Assembly (NCBI GenBank): GCA_051294375.1
Contig: CM119267.1
Span: 13,463,081 to 13,527,080 of the forward strand
DNA: 64,000 nt
Source: Paraspadella gotoi
Lineage: Eukaryota > Animalia > Chaetognatha
Direction of reading: 5' to 3'
Part shown: positions 1 through 12,003 of the stretch, piece after piece
Position numbering within the stretch: the first letter of the stretch is position 1
Layout of the letters: every line of letters begins with the position of its first letter
Made by a program: the position numbers and the translations under genes
The notes under the pieces: generated by a model
The model's database searches: none
Told to the model about the DNA's origin: nothing
What the model saw: only the letters and a program-made list of their open reading frames with translations

Positions 1-126
1 GAAGACTCGAAACATAGAGTCGAAACATGTCCTTATAAACCTAATCAATTGTTGTTCAAAAACGAATTTTTGTTACACTCCTTAAATCTAAACAAACAAC
101 AAAAAAGAAAGGTCAAATACAATATG
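1..126 (+). mobile_element. PLE pLTR 3' portion with hammerhead truncated by the window edge
   Basis: gaa-GACTC-gaaacata-GAGTC-GAAAC-at-GTC followed by the same tail seen in the 38950-39382 element. Confidence 0.7.
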
Positions 127-468
127 AAAATTTAAAAGTTCAAACTTTGTTCCCCCTGATTTAAAAACTACTGACATAGGGCTAAACGACTGAATATATT
201 TTTTTGTTTTTTCCATTTTAACTCGGACGATTCCATCAAAACTTGATTTCCAGCTCAATCACACATTTTCCTACCCACACACAAAATTTCATTCCAATCC
301 ATGCATAAAATCACGAGTAAATGGTATTTTTTGCTAAGGGAGGACGGACAGATAGACGTCGTCGTCGTTATCGTCTGCATCACGCTTTTTATCTCGCCAA
401 GGAATCTTGGCGAGATAATGCGAAGGGGACGCTTCTTTGTCACGTAGTCGTCGTCGTCGGCGTTACGC

Positions 469-1717
469 TTTTTATCGAGCCTACCGGCGAAGCCGGTTCA
501 GGCTCGATATTGTTTTGGGTGAGCTTTTTTGTGACGTCTCGTCGGCGTCACGCTTTTTTGTATAAAAACTACTACGCTTTTATGGCAGTGATTTCTATCG
601 AGGAATTCAGCAAAAAAACCACTTTTTGCAATATTGCTAGAATATTATCAACAGAATTGATTAAATTTGAACCCAAAAACAAAGTGGGCTGGACTACGGA
701 TTAATTAAAATCATCTGCTGCATTTTCTAATCAAGAATCGATATAATTTTTGCTACTTTCAATAACAAAAATTATGTCCATTTTTGTCCATTTTGACTTT
801 GGTCGTGATTTGAACTTCAAGATCATTAAAGAAAATTTTTTTACTCCAGATTTCGGGTACTTCTTATCTTCTTTACCACTGAGTCGGTTCATTTGCCGTT
901 GGTCATCCATTGTTTGCCTATGAATTAATTTTTAAATTGACTAGTCAAAAAATTACATTTTTACATTTTATTACAATTTGTTAAACGAAAATACTTAAAA
1001 ATGTCCATGAATCTAATCAAATATTCCCTTTCAACGGTGATTCTGGTACCTAAAAAATTGGAGCAAAAAATTTAGCTATGATTGGAAAAAATTGTAACAA
1101 TTTCCAATTGTAAACAATTGTAACATTTTTTTCCTTTCTTTTATTTTTTTAAATTTTATATATATTTTTCTTCCTATTTTTGTCAGTTGCTGCCTTTTCT
1201 GAACCTTTTAAAAACGAGTTCAGGCTCTGCAGTGACTGTACAGCTGCCTTCCAGCGGCTGTCCAGCTTTCTCTTTCTCTGTCTGTCTCTTTCTCTCTCTG
1301 TCTTTCTGTCTCACTCTCTCTCTGTACGATCGTGATCGTTTTTTAAAAACTTTTATTATCGCCATTTATTCCGCGCTTTTTTCTCAATGCAAAATCCTAA
1401 ATTTACATCCAAGATTTTCGTGGATTTATTCTCTTTCTTTCTCTCTCTCTCTTTCTCTCTCTTTCACTCATACATGGATTTGTTTGTTTTATTTATGATG
1501 AATGATTCATTGGGTCAATGAATGATTATCATCACATCAATGACTATCATCGCATCAATTATTTGGTTATTATCACATCAATCATTTGGTTATCATCCAT
1601 CGTTCATTTGTTATCATCTCATCAATTATTGGTTATCATCGCATCAATATTTGGTTATCATCGCATCAATATTTGGTTATCATTGGAGGGGCTCAATCCT
1701 ATTCTTTTAATTTTTTT
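469..1717 (+). mobile_element. HINE-like element family B (subTIR ATCGAGCCT)
   Basis: 5' TTTTT-ATCGAGCCT..AGGCTCGAT palindrome; 3' GGCTCAAT-cctattcttttaattttttt; a second 3' end at 2720-2752. Confidence 0.6.
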
Positions 1718-2444
1718 GGTTTTTTTTAGTCGGATCTGCTTATAAGCAGATCACGACTCTAAATTCACTTTGTCGGTCCGTCGGTCCGCCCCTCAATATT
1801 GTCGGGCACTCACTTATATCATGTCAGAACATCGAATTATGATAAATTATGCAAAAAAAACGATGTCCGTCCGTCCGACCGTCGTCCGTCCCACCTTAGC
1901 AAAAAACACCAATTACTCGTGATTGGATGAATGGATTGGAATGAAATTTTGTGTGTGGTAGGGAAGTGTGTGAATGAGCTGTATATGAAGTTTCGATGAA
2001 TCGTCCGAGTGGAAATGAGTTTAAATGGAAAAAATAAAACAATAAATTTCACTATTTGAACACCACATAGTCTCTCTCAGTCTCTGTCTGTCTCTCTCTG
2101 TGTGCGTCTGTCTCTCTCTGTACGATCTCTTGCGTGATCGTTCGTTTTTTGAAAAATTCTGATTATTTTTTCTTTCTAAAAAAAAAATATATTTGATCAG
2201 GCGCTGCCTTTTCTGAATCGTTTAAAAACGAGTTCAGGCTCTCTCTCTCTCTCCCTCCGTCTCTCTCCCCCTCTCTCTCTCTCTCTCTTCTTTTTTTTTT
2301 TACAAAAAAAAATTATTCACTTTTTTTTTCACCACCGTCACACAAGGCGACGAGTAAACGAGTTCCGGTCTCTCTCTCTCTTTCTCTCTATCTGTCTCTT
2401 TCTCTCTCTCTCTCTATCTCTCTTTCTCTCTCTCTAATTAACTC

Positions 2445-2715
2445 ATTGCGTCAATGAATGACTAGCATCGCATCAATGAATGGCTATATCGCATCAATGA
2501 ATGACTATCATCGCATCAATGAATGATTATCATCCGATCAATGAAGTACTATCATCACATCAATGAATGATTATCATCGCATCAATGAATGATTATCATC
2601 GCATCCATCATTTGGTTATCATCGCATCCATCATTTGGTTATCATCGCATCAATCCTTTGGTTATCATCGCATCAATATTTGGTTATCATCGCATCAATA
2701 TTTGGTTATCATCAA
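2445..2715. repeat. 21-22-bp tandem repeat ATCATCGCATCAAT(GAATGATT/ATTTGGTT)
   Basis: Similar arrays at about 1500-1685, 4495-4580, 27975-28200 and 55300-55460. Confidence 0.9.
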
Positions 2716-2794
2716 AAGCAGGCTCAATCCCTATTGCTTTTAAGATTTTTTTATGATAACTAATAAATGTTTTAATTAATTAATTAATTAATTT

Positions 2795-3265
2795 GAAAAA
2801 ATGATACAATTTAAAAAAAATTATGCAAGTTTAAAAAATTATGCAAGTTGAAAAAATTATGCAAGTTGAAAAATTATGCAAGTTGAAAAAATTATGCAAG
2901 TTGAAAAATATATACAAGTTGAAAAAAATTATGCAAGTTGAAGAAATTATGCAAGTTGAAGAAATTATGCAAGTTGAAAAAATTATGCATTTGAAAAAAT
3001 GATGCAAGTTGAAAAAATGATGCAAGTTGAAAAAAATGATGCGAATTGTAAAAATGATGTAAATTGAAAAAATGATGAGTTGAAAAAAATTATGTGCGTG
3101 GAAAAATGATGCGAGTTAAAAAAATGATGTGAATTGTAAAAATGATGTAAATTGAAAAAATGATGAGTTTAAAAATTATGTGCGTGGAAAAAATTATGCG
3201 GGTTGAAAAATGATGCGAGTTGAAAAAATGATGCGAGTTAAAAAAATGATGCGAGTTAAAAAAAA
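2795..3265. repeat. 18-bp tandem repeat AAAAAATGATGCAAGTTG (also 33960-34125 and 34587-34810; related unit at 27432-27690)
   Basis: Directly visible arrays, internal to HINE family C. Confidence 0.9.
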
Positions 3266-4051
3266 TATAAAAAAATATTGTGATTTATCATCTGATTAGC
3301 AGATTACCGCTTAATTATTGGAGGCAGATCCGACATTGTTTGTCAAACTTGTTTTATTAATACCAAAAACAGTATTGACAAATCAGAAACAGTATCAGTT
3401 ATAAAGTAAAACTAATCTATTAAATTCAACAAAACAAAAGATTTTAAGATTTTTTTATATAAAAACTACTACACTCTTATAGTTTTGGCTGGACTTTTTA
3501 AATAAAAATTATTATGAATTACGATGAAGTTTTATAAAAGCGTGCTATCATAATAAGTTTAAAATTTAGATATGGCTTCTTATCTTGAAATAGCTTTGAA
3601 ATTTTTATATTACATTTGGATTCAAATATTTTTTGTTTGAATTTCCACTTCATTATGATTTACTGCAATATGAAAATGAGATTATAGTACTCATTATAAT
3701 AGCCAAATTCGTATATAGAAATGCTTTAATCTAATTTACATATTGCAGGAAATAATATTGAAGATGAAATTCATAAAAAAATCTTTGAATCAATAAAAAA
3801 CATGTGAAATCAAAAGACCTTTTTAATGAAAAGCTATATCTTAATTTTAATACAAAAAAAATAAAATCTTCTACAAGCTATGATTGGAAAAAATTGTAAC
3901 AATTTTTAATTGTAAACAATTGTAACGTTTTTTTGCCTTTCTTTTATTTCTTTAAATTATATAAATATTTTTCTTCCTATTTTTGTCAGGCGCTACCTTT
4001 TCTAAACCGTTTAAAAACGAGTTCAGATTCTGCAGTGACTGTACACTGATG

Positions 4052-4366
4052 ATCACGTCGGGCTCACGTCGGGCTCACGTGTGTGGATAAGGCGCTAAGT
4101 GGGCTGAAGATGACTATCCGTAACTTCTTTAACCCCCTCTAGCAGCTATGGAACGGGTCCTGGGCTTGGAACCAGGCTTGAGGGTTTTCCACGCCCCCAA
4201 GGCGGCTTACGGCCGTCCTCACGCTTCCCGCAGGGTAGGTACCGGGTTGGGATTGAACCCGGTACCTAGTGGTCATGAGCTGATGGCTTTACTCAATGAG
4301 CCACCGGGTCAGGACTGAAGGTGTCATGCTTATAAGCGGGGTGAACTTATGCAATGCCCGACTACA
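4052..4366 (-). mobile_element. Single LTR of the same TRIM family (4082-4366) followed by duplicated PBS/primer-tRNA sequence
   Basis: Near-identical to 6515-6792 with intact B-box GGTTCAATCCC; adjacent GTGAGCCCGAC-GTGAGCCCGACGTGAT (4078-4052). Confidence 0.8.
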
Positions 4367-6333
4367 TATATATATTTTTTAGTTTTGTCAGGCGCTGCTT
4401 TTTCTGATTCGTCTAAAAACGGGATCAGCTCTGCAGCGGTTGGACTTTTCTTTTTCTCTCTCTTTCTTTCTCTCTTTCTCTCTCTATTTATTATGAATGA
4501 TTCATCGCAATAATAAATGATTGACATCACATCAATGAATGACTATCATCATATCAATCATTTGGTTATTATCGCATCAATAATCAATTACTATTACATT
4601 AATCTATTACTATTACATCTATCTAATATTATATTAATCAATTATTATTTTATCAATAATTTGTTATCGCATCATTTATTTTTTTTCCCGGATTTTTTCA
4701 TTAATTTTCTTTGATAGTAACGTCTGGCGAGATCACTAACGGTTAAAAAAAATCTTAAAAGGGACAAATGCCGTACCTATTTTTGTTGCCTTTTTGTATA
4801 TTATTGAGATTTAAAGCCAGAGTGATAACAAGAAGAAGAGAGTGACAATGTTATGAATATATTATGGTAATATTATTATTATTTTGATTTCAAGTAATAT
4901 TGAAAAAAGGAAAATACCATTATTAATGGTAGCGGTAGCCGACCAAATTCAAATTTTAATGGGAACAGCATTAAACTAATCCATCTATTGGTCATAACTA
5001 TTGTAAAAATTTTTGCCAAAAATTCCAAAACATAGAGTCTACCTCTTCTAGAAATTCGAGGAAGACTTTTCAATGAGATTTTCATTAAAATTGACTACCA
5101 AATATGTCAACGCCCCTGGGAAAAATTCAGGTAAAAATCAGATGTAAAAACACTCGATTCCGATCCTGTTACATCTCAAGGGCTCGCATTTTTTTCCTCT
5201 TGACAATTAACCATCATTTTTGACATCAAACCATCAGGTTCAAATAGACTGGTCAGCTCGGAAAATATTTTTTGATGCAATTTTTAATATAAAATAAAAG
5301 GGATTTCTTAACTTCAATACAATTGCAACGCATTTAAGGTATGTTGTCATTTTACAATAAACTTCAAATTCAGGAATCCGATAGCAATATGTCTGAAGGC
5401 TCTCAAAATTTTTCTTCACATTTTATTTGGTTATTTTAATATGATACGATCATGGTAAAGTGAATAGTCCATTTTTTGTGAAATTTTTTATTTAAAGTAA
5501 AAGTAAAAGAGGAGCTAACGATCGGAATTCTTAAGAGTTTTTCAACGGGAGTCAGATTCGGGAAAAAATCTATATGGCGAAAATCTTCCAAAGAAGGGGT
5601 GGATTTTCCGAGATTTTGGTTAATATTTTCTATATTTAGGTCGGATTTTTTTGAAACTTAACAATTGCAATATGCCATCAATCTACTTGGCTGGTCAAAG
5701 AATATATTAAAAAAACCTCTGACTTTTTTCGTCAGAGCTTAGTCCTTACAAACCCATGAGTAATTCGCCTAATTAATATTATTATATTGCTATATAATGT
5801 AAAAATTTTTTTAGATATTTAGGTTTTTTTAATTGATTCTGATAGAGCTTAAAAGTTAGCAAAAAATATAATAACAAACTTTTAAAATTTTGATGTTTTA
5901 TTACTAAAAATTAGTAAAAACTGCTAAATCATGAATGTGATGAGTGATGATGATTTTTCAGGTTTTCTCAATTTAAACCCACTTATCATCAAAATATAAA
6001 AAAGAATTAATCTTTGTAGATAACTTTTATTAAGCTATTTGAATCTGCTTTTAAAAATAAAATATCTAACAAAATTTTTACATTCTTATCTATAAATAAA
6101 TATTAAAAATTAATTACTAATGCTTCTTGCCATTTTAGAAAATTTTGCTCCATTTAAAGTTTTCTCAGAAATGTATAAGTTTCATTTGGAAAGGTTCCAA
6201 ATCAAACTTCTGGACCCACCCATTGACGAAGTTTGGCTCTATTAATGGTATTAAGATTACATCGGGAACATTTCCATGCTCCGCCAGCATTATAATCAAG
6301 CTAGATATGAATCAATATGAATCAAGCTAGATA

Positions 6334-6792
6334 TGTGGATAAGGCGCTAATGGGCAGAAGATGACTATCCATAACTTCTATAACCCCCTCTACATGCCCC
6401 CCAGATTGTAACCCACCCTGCACTGCTTCCAGTGGAGGAGGGGAGCAATCTTCGGCACGTCCATGGGCCTGGAATCAGAATGTTGGAATACGCTCGACAG
6501 GATGGGCTCACCAGTGTGGATAAGGCGCTAAGTGGCAGAAGATGACTATCCATAACTTCTATAAGCCCCTCTAGCAGACATGGAACGGGTCCTGGGCTTG
6601 GAACCAGGCTTGAGGGTTTGCCACGCCCCCAGGCGGCTTACGGCCGTCCTGACTCTTCCCGCGGGTAGTACCGGGATGGGATTGAGCCGGTACCTATTGG
6701 TCATGAGCTGATGGCTTTACTCAATGAGCCACCGGGTCACAACTGAAAGAGTCATGCTTATAGGCGGGTGAACCTAGCAATGCCCGACTACA
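6334..6792 (-). mobile_element. TRIM (miniature LTR retrotransposon) whose LTR contains a tRNA-like Pol III promoter
   Basis: TSD GATA (6330-6333, 6793-6796). 5' LTR TGTAG..CCACA (6792-6515), PBS TGGTGAGCCC (6513-6504), about 110-bp internal region, PPT GGGGGG, internally deleted 3' LTR (6394-6334). A-box TGGCTCATTGAG and B-box-like sequence lie inside the LTR. Confidence 0.85.
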
Positions 6793-8437
6793 GATATGAA
6801 TTTATGAAAATTTGCAAATTACTTGTTTCACTATTTTCTATTTTATTCTTATTATGAAGGATATATTTGTTTAATAACTGTTCCATTGAGAACTAACGCA
6901 ACAATTTTTTACGTTAAAACTGAGCTTCAATATACCAAAGATTTCCGACAAAAACCATAAGCACAGATTCTCACGCACCAGCTTTGGCATCAGTTTTTCT
7001 CGCACACGATGGCGTCATCAACTTCACTCAAGTCCAAGGAATCGATCGACAGAAGCCACGTCGGTCAAAATCAGTTCTTTCGTCAGTTCGCTTTTCGCCT
7101 TGAGGGATTCTGGAAAAAAGGGAGGAAAAGATGGAAGAGGTGGAGTGGAAGAGAGAGAAAATGAATGGCAGAATTAAAAATATTAAATCGCTTATCCTTT
7201 AGGGACAGAGTCCGTTTTATAAAACGTTTAATCGTAGGTAAGAAAAGAACGTAAGGTAAATGAATAAAGTATAGAAAACATATTGAAAAAAAATTTGATC
7301 GGTTTTTGGATTGACAGAAAGTGGAAGCGAGGGTCTGACAAGGGTTATTTAAGGCCAGGGATCAGTCCAGAGTCCAGAGATGTGGACGCGATCCGGAAAG
7401 CGTAGGCGAACACAGTGGAAGCGGCCGATTTTTGAGGAAAGCGAAACCGGGACTCCCGGTGGGAGCGATAGAAAAATTGAGAATAAGGGATTGAACCCGG
7501 AAGCTATAATAACCCTGCGTGTTCGCTTCCTGCTCATTAGTTTTTATTGGTGAGAAAAGAAAGGCACTTGATGTATTAAAACCTTTGTAACCCCCTGCTC
7601 TTTTTTTTTCTTCTTTTTTCTGATTTCGCAAACTATTTTTTTCTTATGAAGGTAAATGAATTTTCAAAATCCCTCTCGTAACTTTTGTACCATTGACATG
7701 AAGTTAATTTCGTTAAAATTTCCTAAAAATCCGCTTCTCTGTTTGGACTCCAACTCTTCCGATAGGTTTCTTTTATTTTATATAGTAATGAAAAGTTTGA
7801 ATAAACGGCAACGGATTTGACGAAAAGAAAGTGAATACCGGAAACCTAGAATGTCGTAAGTCTGTACATGGAATAACTTTTCCATTTATAGGATAAATGG
7901 CTTTAGGATTTTATAGGAAGTTATCTAGATGTCTGGCTATTGCTCATTTTAGCAATTTTTTAAATAAATAATCCTAAAGGTTCCGCTTACAAACGGCGAA
8001 TTTAGCAAAAAAACAACTTTTTCAATATTGTTCAGTGTTACTTACAATATTAATTTAATTTGTACCACAATACAAATTGGGCCGAACTAAGGATTGGTTA
8101 AATCATCTCCACCTGTTTCTAATGATAAAAAGTACAATTTTTCTACATTTAGGAAAAAAAATCATGTCCATTTTTGTCCATTTTCACTTTCGTCTTCTGA
8201 TTTGAATGCCAAGGAAAGTTGAGAAAAAATTTTTACTTTGGAAATCCGTTCTTCCTTATCTTCTTTACCTCTGGGTTAATTTTTTCCTTAATCATTTATA
8301 GTTTGCCTATGAATTACATCTTAACGTTGACAGGTCAAAAAGTTTCATTTTCCTTTTTTATCATAATTTGTTATTAACGAAAATTGTTCAAATTGTTTTA
8401 AATTACAGGACAAATTATAGGCAATTGAATAAGCTTT

Positions 8438-8462
8438 NNNNNNNNNNNNNNNNNNNNNNNNN
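8438..8462. other. Assembly gap (25 N)
   Basis: Run of n characters. Confidence 0.99.
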
Positions 8463-8574
8463 AGCGTCAGGACTTGTTTTTTCTGAGAATCGACAGATTT
8501 TGTGAAAAATATTTTCCGCAAAATCTACCCAAACTTTTTTTACTACAGTTCATTCAAAACTTTTTCATTTGGTC

Positions 8575-8950
8575 ACCTCAGAAAAAAAGAGAACAAGAGA
8601 AAAAGAGAAGTGGAGCGGAAAAAGGTGGGAAAAAAAGAGGATGCGTAGAGGAGAGGGAATGGATTTGAAAGTAGAGAAAGAAGAGAGAGAGAAGAGAGAC
8701 AAGAGAGAGAAGAGAAAGGCAGAGATTAAAAAGGGAAGAAAAAAATCAATAAGTAAAAAGGCAAAAGAGAGGAAGAGAGAGGAAAGGGATGAGAGAAGGA
8801 TCGAAGGTGGGAAAGAAAAAGTGACAGAAAGAGTGACAGAAAGGGAGAAAGAGGAAAGGGATGAGAGAAGGATTGAAGGAAGGAAAGAGAGAGTGACAGA
8901 GAGGGAGAAAGAGAAGGAAAAAGAAAAAGGGAAAGGAAAAAAGATAAAGA
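8575..8950. repeat. GA-rich low-complexity region
   Basis: Almost exclusively purines on the + strand. Confidence 0.85.
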
Positions 8951-11269
8951 TTTAGTGTCATCTTTATCCTGAAGAGTTCTGTGAATCTGATTGACGCCTA
9001 AATTCCTATGAGCAATTTTATCTTTAAAAGTTATGCTTACCATGAAAAATCACATGTACTTCTTTCTTAAATTAAGCAGATAACGAGATTTGATTGAAGA
9101 AATCATATCTTACCGTATTTTGAAGGCATAGAAATTCACCTAGTGTGCTCGATGTTATAAGGAAAAGATAACTATAGCCAACCGTTTTTATAACTGAAGA
9201 ACGTCCTATATTTATCAGTGGGGTGAAAATAAATGATAGTTATTCGAATTTCAAAATCCTTGTCTAAAATACCCGAAGCGGGATTACAGCCTAAACCACT
9301 TAAAAATTGAGTCAATTTTTTTAAAAAAAAACTTGCATAGCTCTAATATATTTTAAAATTTTTTCTAAAAATTTTGCTAACTTGTACTCAAGAGGGTTTG
9401 TAAACTTCTGTAAAAATATTGTTACTATAAAATTTTTTTTTTCTATTTTTATCAGTGCTGACATTTTAGATGGATCATTTTTTCAATGATGCATAACTTC
9501 CTTATTTTAGTAATAGGTGGGCCTTGGGTAGTCCTGTAATACATATAAATTCCAGTCATTTTAAAAAACCTTTTGGCACAAGTCAAAATTTTTTTTACAA
9601 ATTTCAATTGTCAATCGTGCTAAAAATATTATTGCAAATATTGTTATTCTTTGCCTATAAATCAATTATAAATCAATTATTGAAAACAGAATGGTTACAT
9701 ATAAATAAAAACTTTTTTGTGATTATTGATTACTATAATGTATTTCTCGATGTATTAGCTCTAATACATTAATGATTACGCATTGTTATGGTGAATGACC
9801 CTTCCTCTTAAAGTTTAAACATAAGTGCTATCGGTCGAGACCAAAAAAAAAAGGTCTGAAACCGAAAAGTCAAAAGAACTTTGTTTCACTTGGACGGGAG
9901 TTACAGTACGATGCTGAGGAAGAACGCCGAACGGTCGGAGATCGCGACTTCCGGCGCCGGTACCTCGTGTCGCGCGAGCCTCGCCGTCGCCATTCGGCGC
10001 CGTCCGCGAATCCACGCGCCCTTCTCGACGACGACGTCGCGAGAACGCGCGAGATAGAGAGAGAAAGAAAAGGCGAGCGACGAGAGACAGAGAAAGCGTC
10101 GAGTCGAATCGACGGCGCCCCGAAACCGAGCGCCGCTCTGCGATAACCGCGCGAAATAAGAATCGGAAATAATAAAAATTAACAAAATTTAAAAAAACGA
10201 AAAACAAAGAGGGCGTCCTTAATCCTTGATCGATTACGGTAGATTCCTCCATCGATTTTTAAATTTGTCACGTTTTACTCTTTTTTTACCCTATTTTTTT
10301 GACACGCTAAACGTTTCGCTGATTACGCGAAGTAGATTGTGTGAATTGAAAAACTATTAATACCAATAGTTAGTGTTACGTCTCGAATAAACGGAAAAAA
10401 AACCTCGTTTAAAAATTCAATCGGGAAGTAGGGTAACAAAGACTTACCAGTGGCATTGTCACTGTCAAACATCTCGCAAATAATTATTTTTATTTAATAT
10501 GTTTGAAAGGGAAAATACAAAAATTCAGAATGCGGGTTCCGCCTTGTATGCACATCAAATAAAAATGTTTTTTAAAGTTTCGGGCACTTCCATATCTAGG
10601 GGCTTGGGGGCAAAAGGGCTAATTAATAAAATCTACCTTTTAATCAGTAAACGATGACATTCAAGATGAGTAGATTTTAATTTTTTTTTCTTCGCTGAAA
10701 TTTTTATTTAAAAAGAAATAAAAAGAAAGATATAAAAAAATTATATTTTTTTTATTTAAAAGAAAATTATCAATACAATTTAACACAATGATGTCTTGCT
10801 TTGTCAAATATGTTGCCAGCTATGTAATTTTTTAAAATGATAAACAAGCAGTTTGTCAAGCTTTTTGTTTGGAGTTGAAGATAATGAAAAGTGACGATTT
10901 TTTTTTCACAGAGAAGGTAGACGTCCAGACTGTTTATATCAAGCTTAAAACATTTTTGTATTTATCATTTTTCATATTTAAAAAGACATTTTATCAAACT
11001 ACTACATAAATTTTTGCTTGTTTTTTACTTTAACTGAAAAATACAAGCAATTTTATGCAGTAGAAAAAATTTAATGGTAATCAAAATGTAATTCAGTCTT
11101 TCCTTTTTCAAATTACAAAAGAAAAACAAAAAAATTCATATGCCTTCATCGTAATTTTTAACACAAAAACTGTTATTCTTTTAACTAGGATTTAAACAAA
11201 AGCTGTGTAAAGATTTATAGATGAAATTTAATAAAACTCTTTGAGAAAGGTGTCCCATGGCATGATTAG

Positions 11270-12003
11270 TAGAGTGGAGCACTGGGGAACATAAATTTTA
11301 TGAGTGACCAAACAAGGATATTTAGACGTGAGATAGTATGATTAAAGAATTAAAAAAATATTTTGCTTATTTGTTTGGGGAACAGTATCATTAATTACAA
11401 TATATTTATAGTAATATTCTTAGTAGAAATAAGTTTGAGTTTATTTGCAACAACGATTTTATTAGTACATAAGGACGTACATGTTTCGGCTTTAGTTACA
11501 AGCCTTCTTCAGCGTCATAGAGAAAAATTCTTATAAAATCATAAATTTTTAAAATAATTTTTTTAAAAATTTTTATTTAAGATTCTGATTCTTCACAAAA
11601 AGTTAGATCAAAAATATAAATATGTTATTAAAAATTTTAATGTCTTCAGCGTCAAAAATAAAAAAAAAGTCAAATTCTCTACTTTTTTATACTTTGTAGT
11701 AAAAACTATTATATAATGAAACTTTTTAATTATTTTTCGCAGCTTTAACCTAAAAATATCATGTAACATATTTTACAAAAGTTTTTCAGTTTTTTCCGGC
11801 AAATCCAAAACTGTTTTTAAAATTAAGAAAATATGATTTTGAAATTTTATGATTTTATAAGGATATTACTATAAAGAAAATTCAATTAATAATACTGTTA
11901 TGAAAATTTTTTTTGAAAAATAGTTTAATTATTTTTTATTACATATACAAAGGTAGCAAAAAAATATTGTTCCATCGCTCAATCTTTTCATCACTCCACC
12001 CTA
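11270..12003 (+). mobile_element. hAT-type MITE family 1 (copies at 21412-22165 and 56656-57235)
   Basis: Termini TAGAGTGGAG..CTCCACCCTA; perfect 8-bp TSD ATGATTAG; the 56656 copy has TSD TTGGCCAC/G. Confidence 0.85.
11474..11516 (-). ncRNA. Minimal type I hammerhead ribozyme
   Basis: Minus strand: gacg-CTGAAGA-A-GGCTT-gtaacta-AAGCC-GAAAC-at-GTA-cgtc; 4-bp stem I. Confidence 0.85.

Larger units (their letters stand above)
1722..3355 (+). mobile_element. DINE-1/HINE-like non-autonomous Helentron (family C)
   Basis: Poly-T, subTIR GTCGGATCTGC (1729-1739) inside a palindrome, (GTCC/GTCG)n microsatellite, central tandem repeats, 3' subTIR GCAGATCCGAC (3324-3334) then ..CAAACTTGTTTT. Fragments recur at about 25150, 27150-27435, 31725, 34170-34585, 47100-47415, 49820-50160 and 51890-52685. 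Confidence 0.75.
386..4738 (+). mobile_element. HINE-like element family A (subTIR ATCTCGCCA) hosting nested insertions
   Basis: 5' palindrome ATCTCGCCAAG-gaat-CTTGGCGAGAT (391-416) and matching TGGCGAGAT at 4725-4733. The same 3' end recurs at about 28250-28280 and 56207-56236. Pairing of these two ends is inferred. Confidence 0.5.

Noticed and set aside
2445-3265. CRISPR-like appearance of short tandem repeats
   Set aside because: No unique spacers, no cas genes, and eukaryotic context.
8474-9043. Lys/Glu/Arg-rich and Ser/Leu/Phe-rich ORFs
   Set aside because: GA low-complexity sequence next to an assembly gap.
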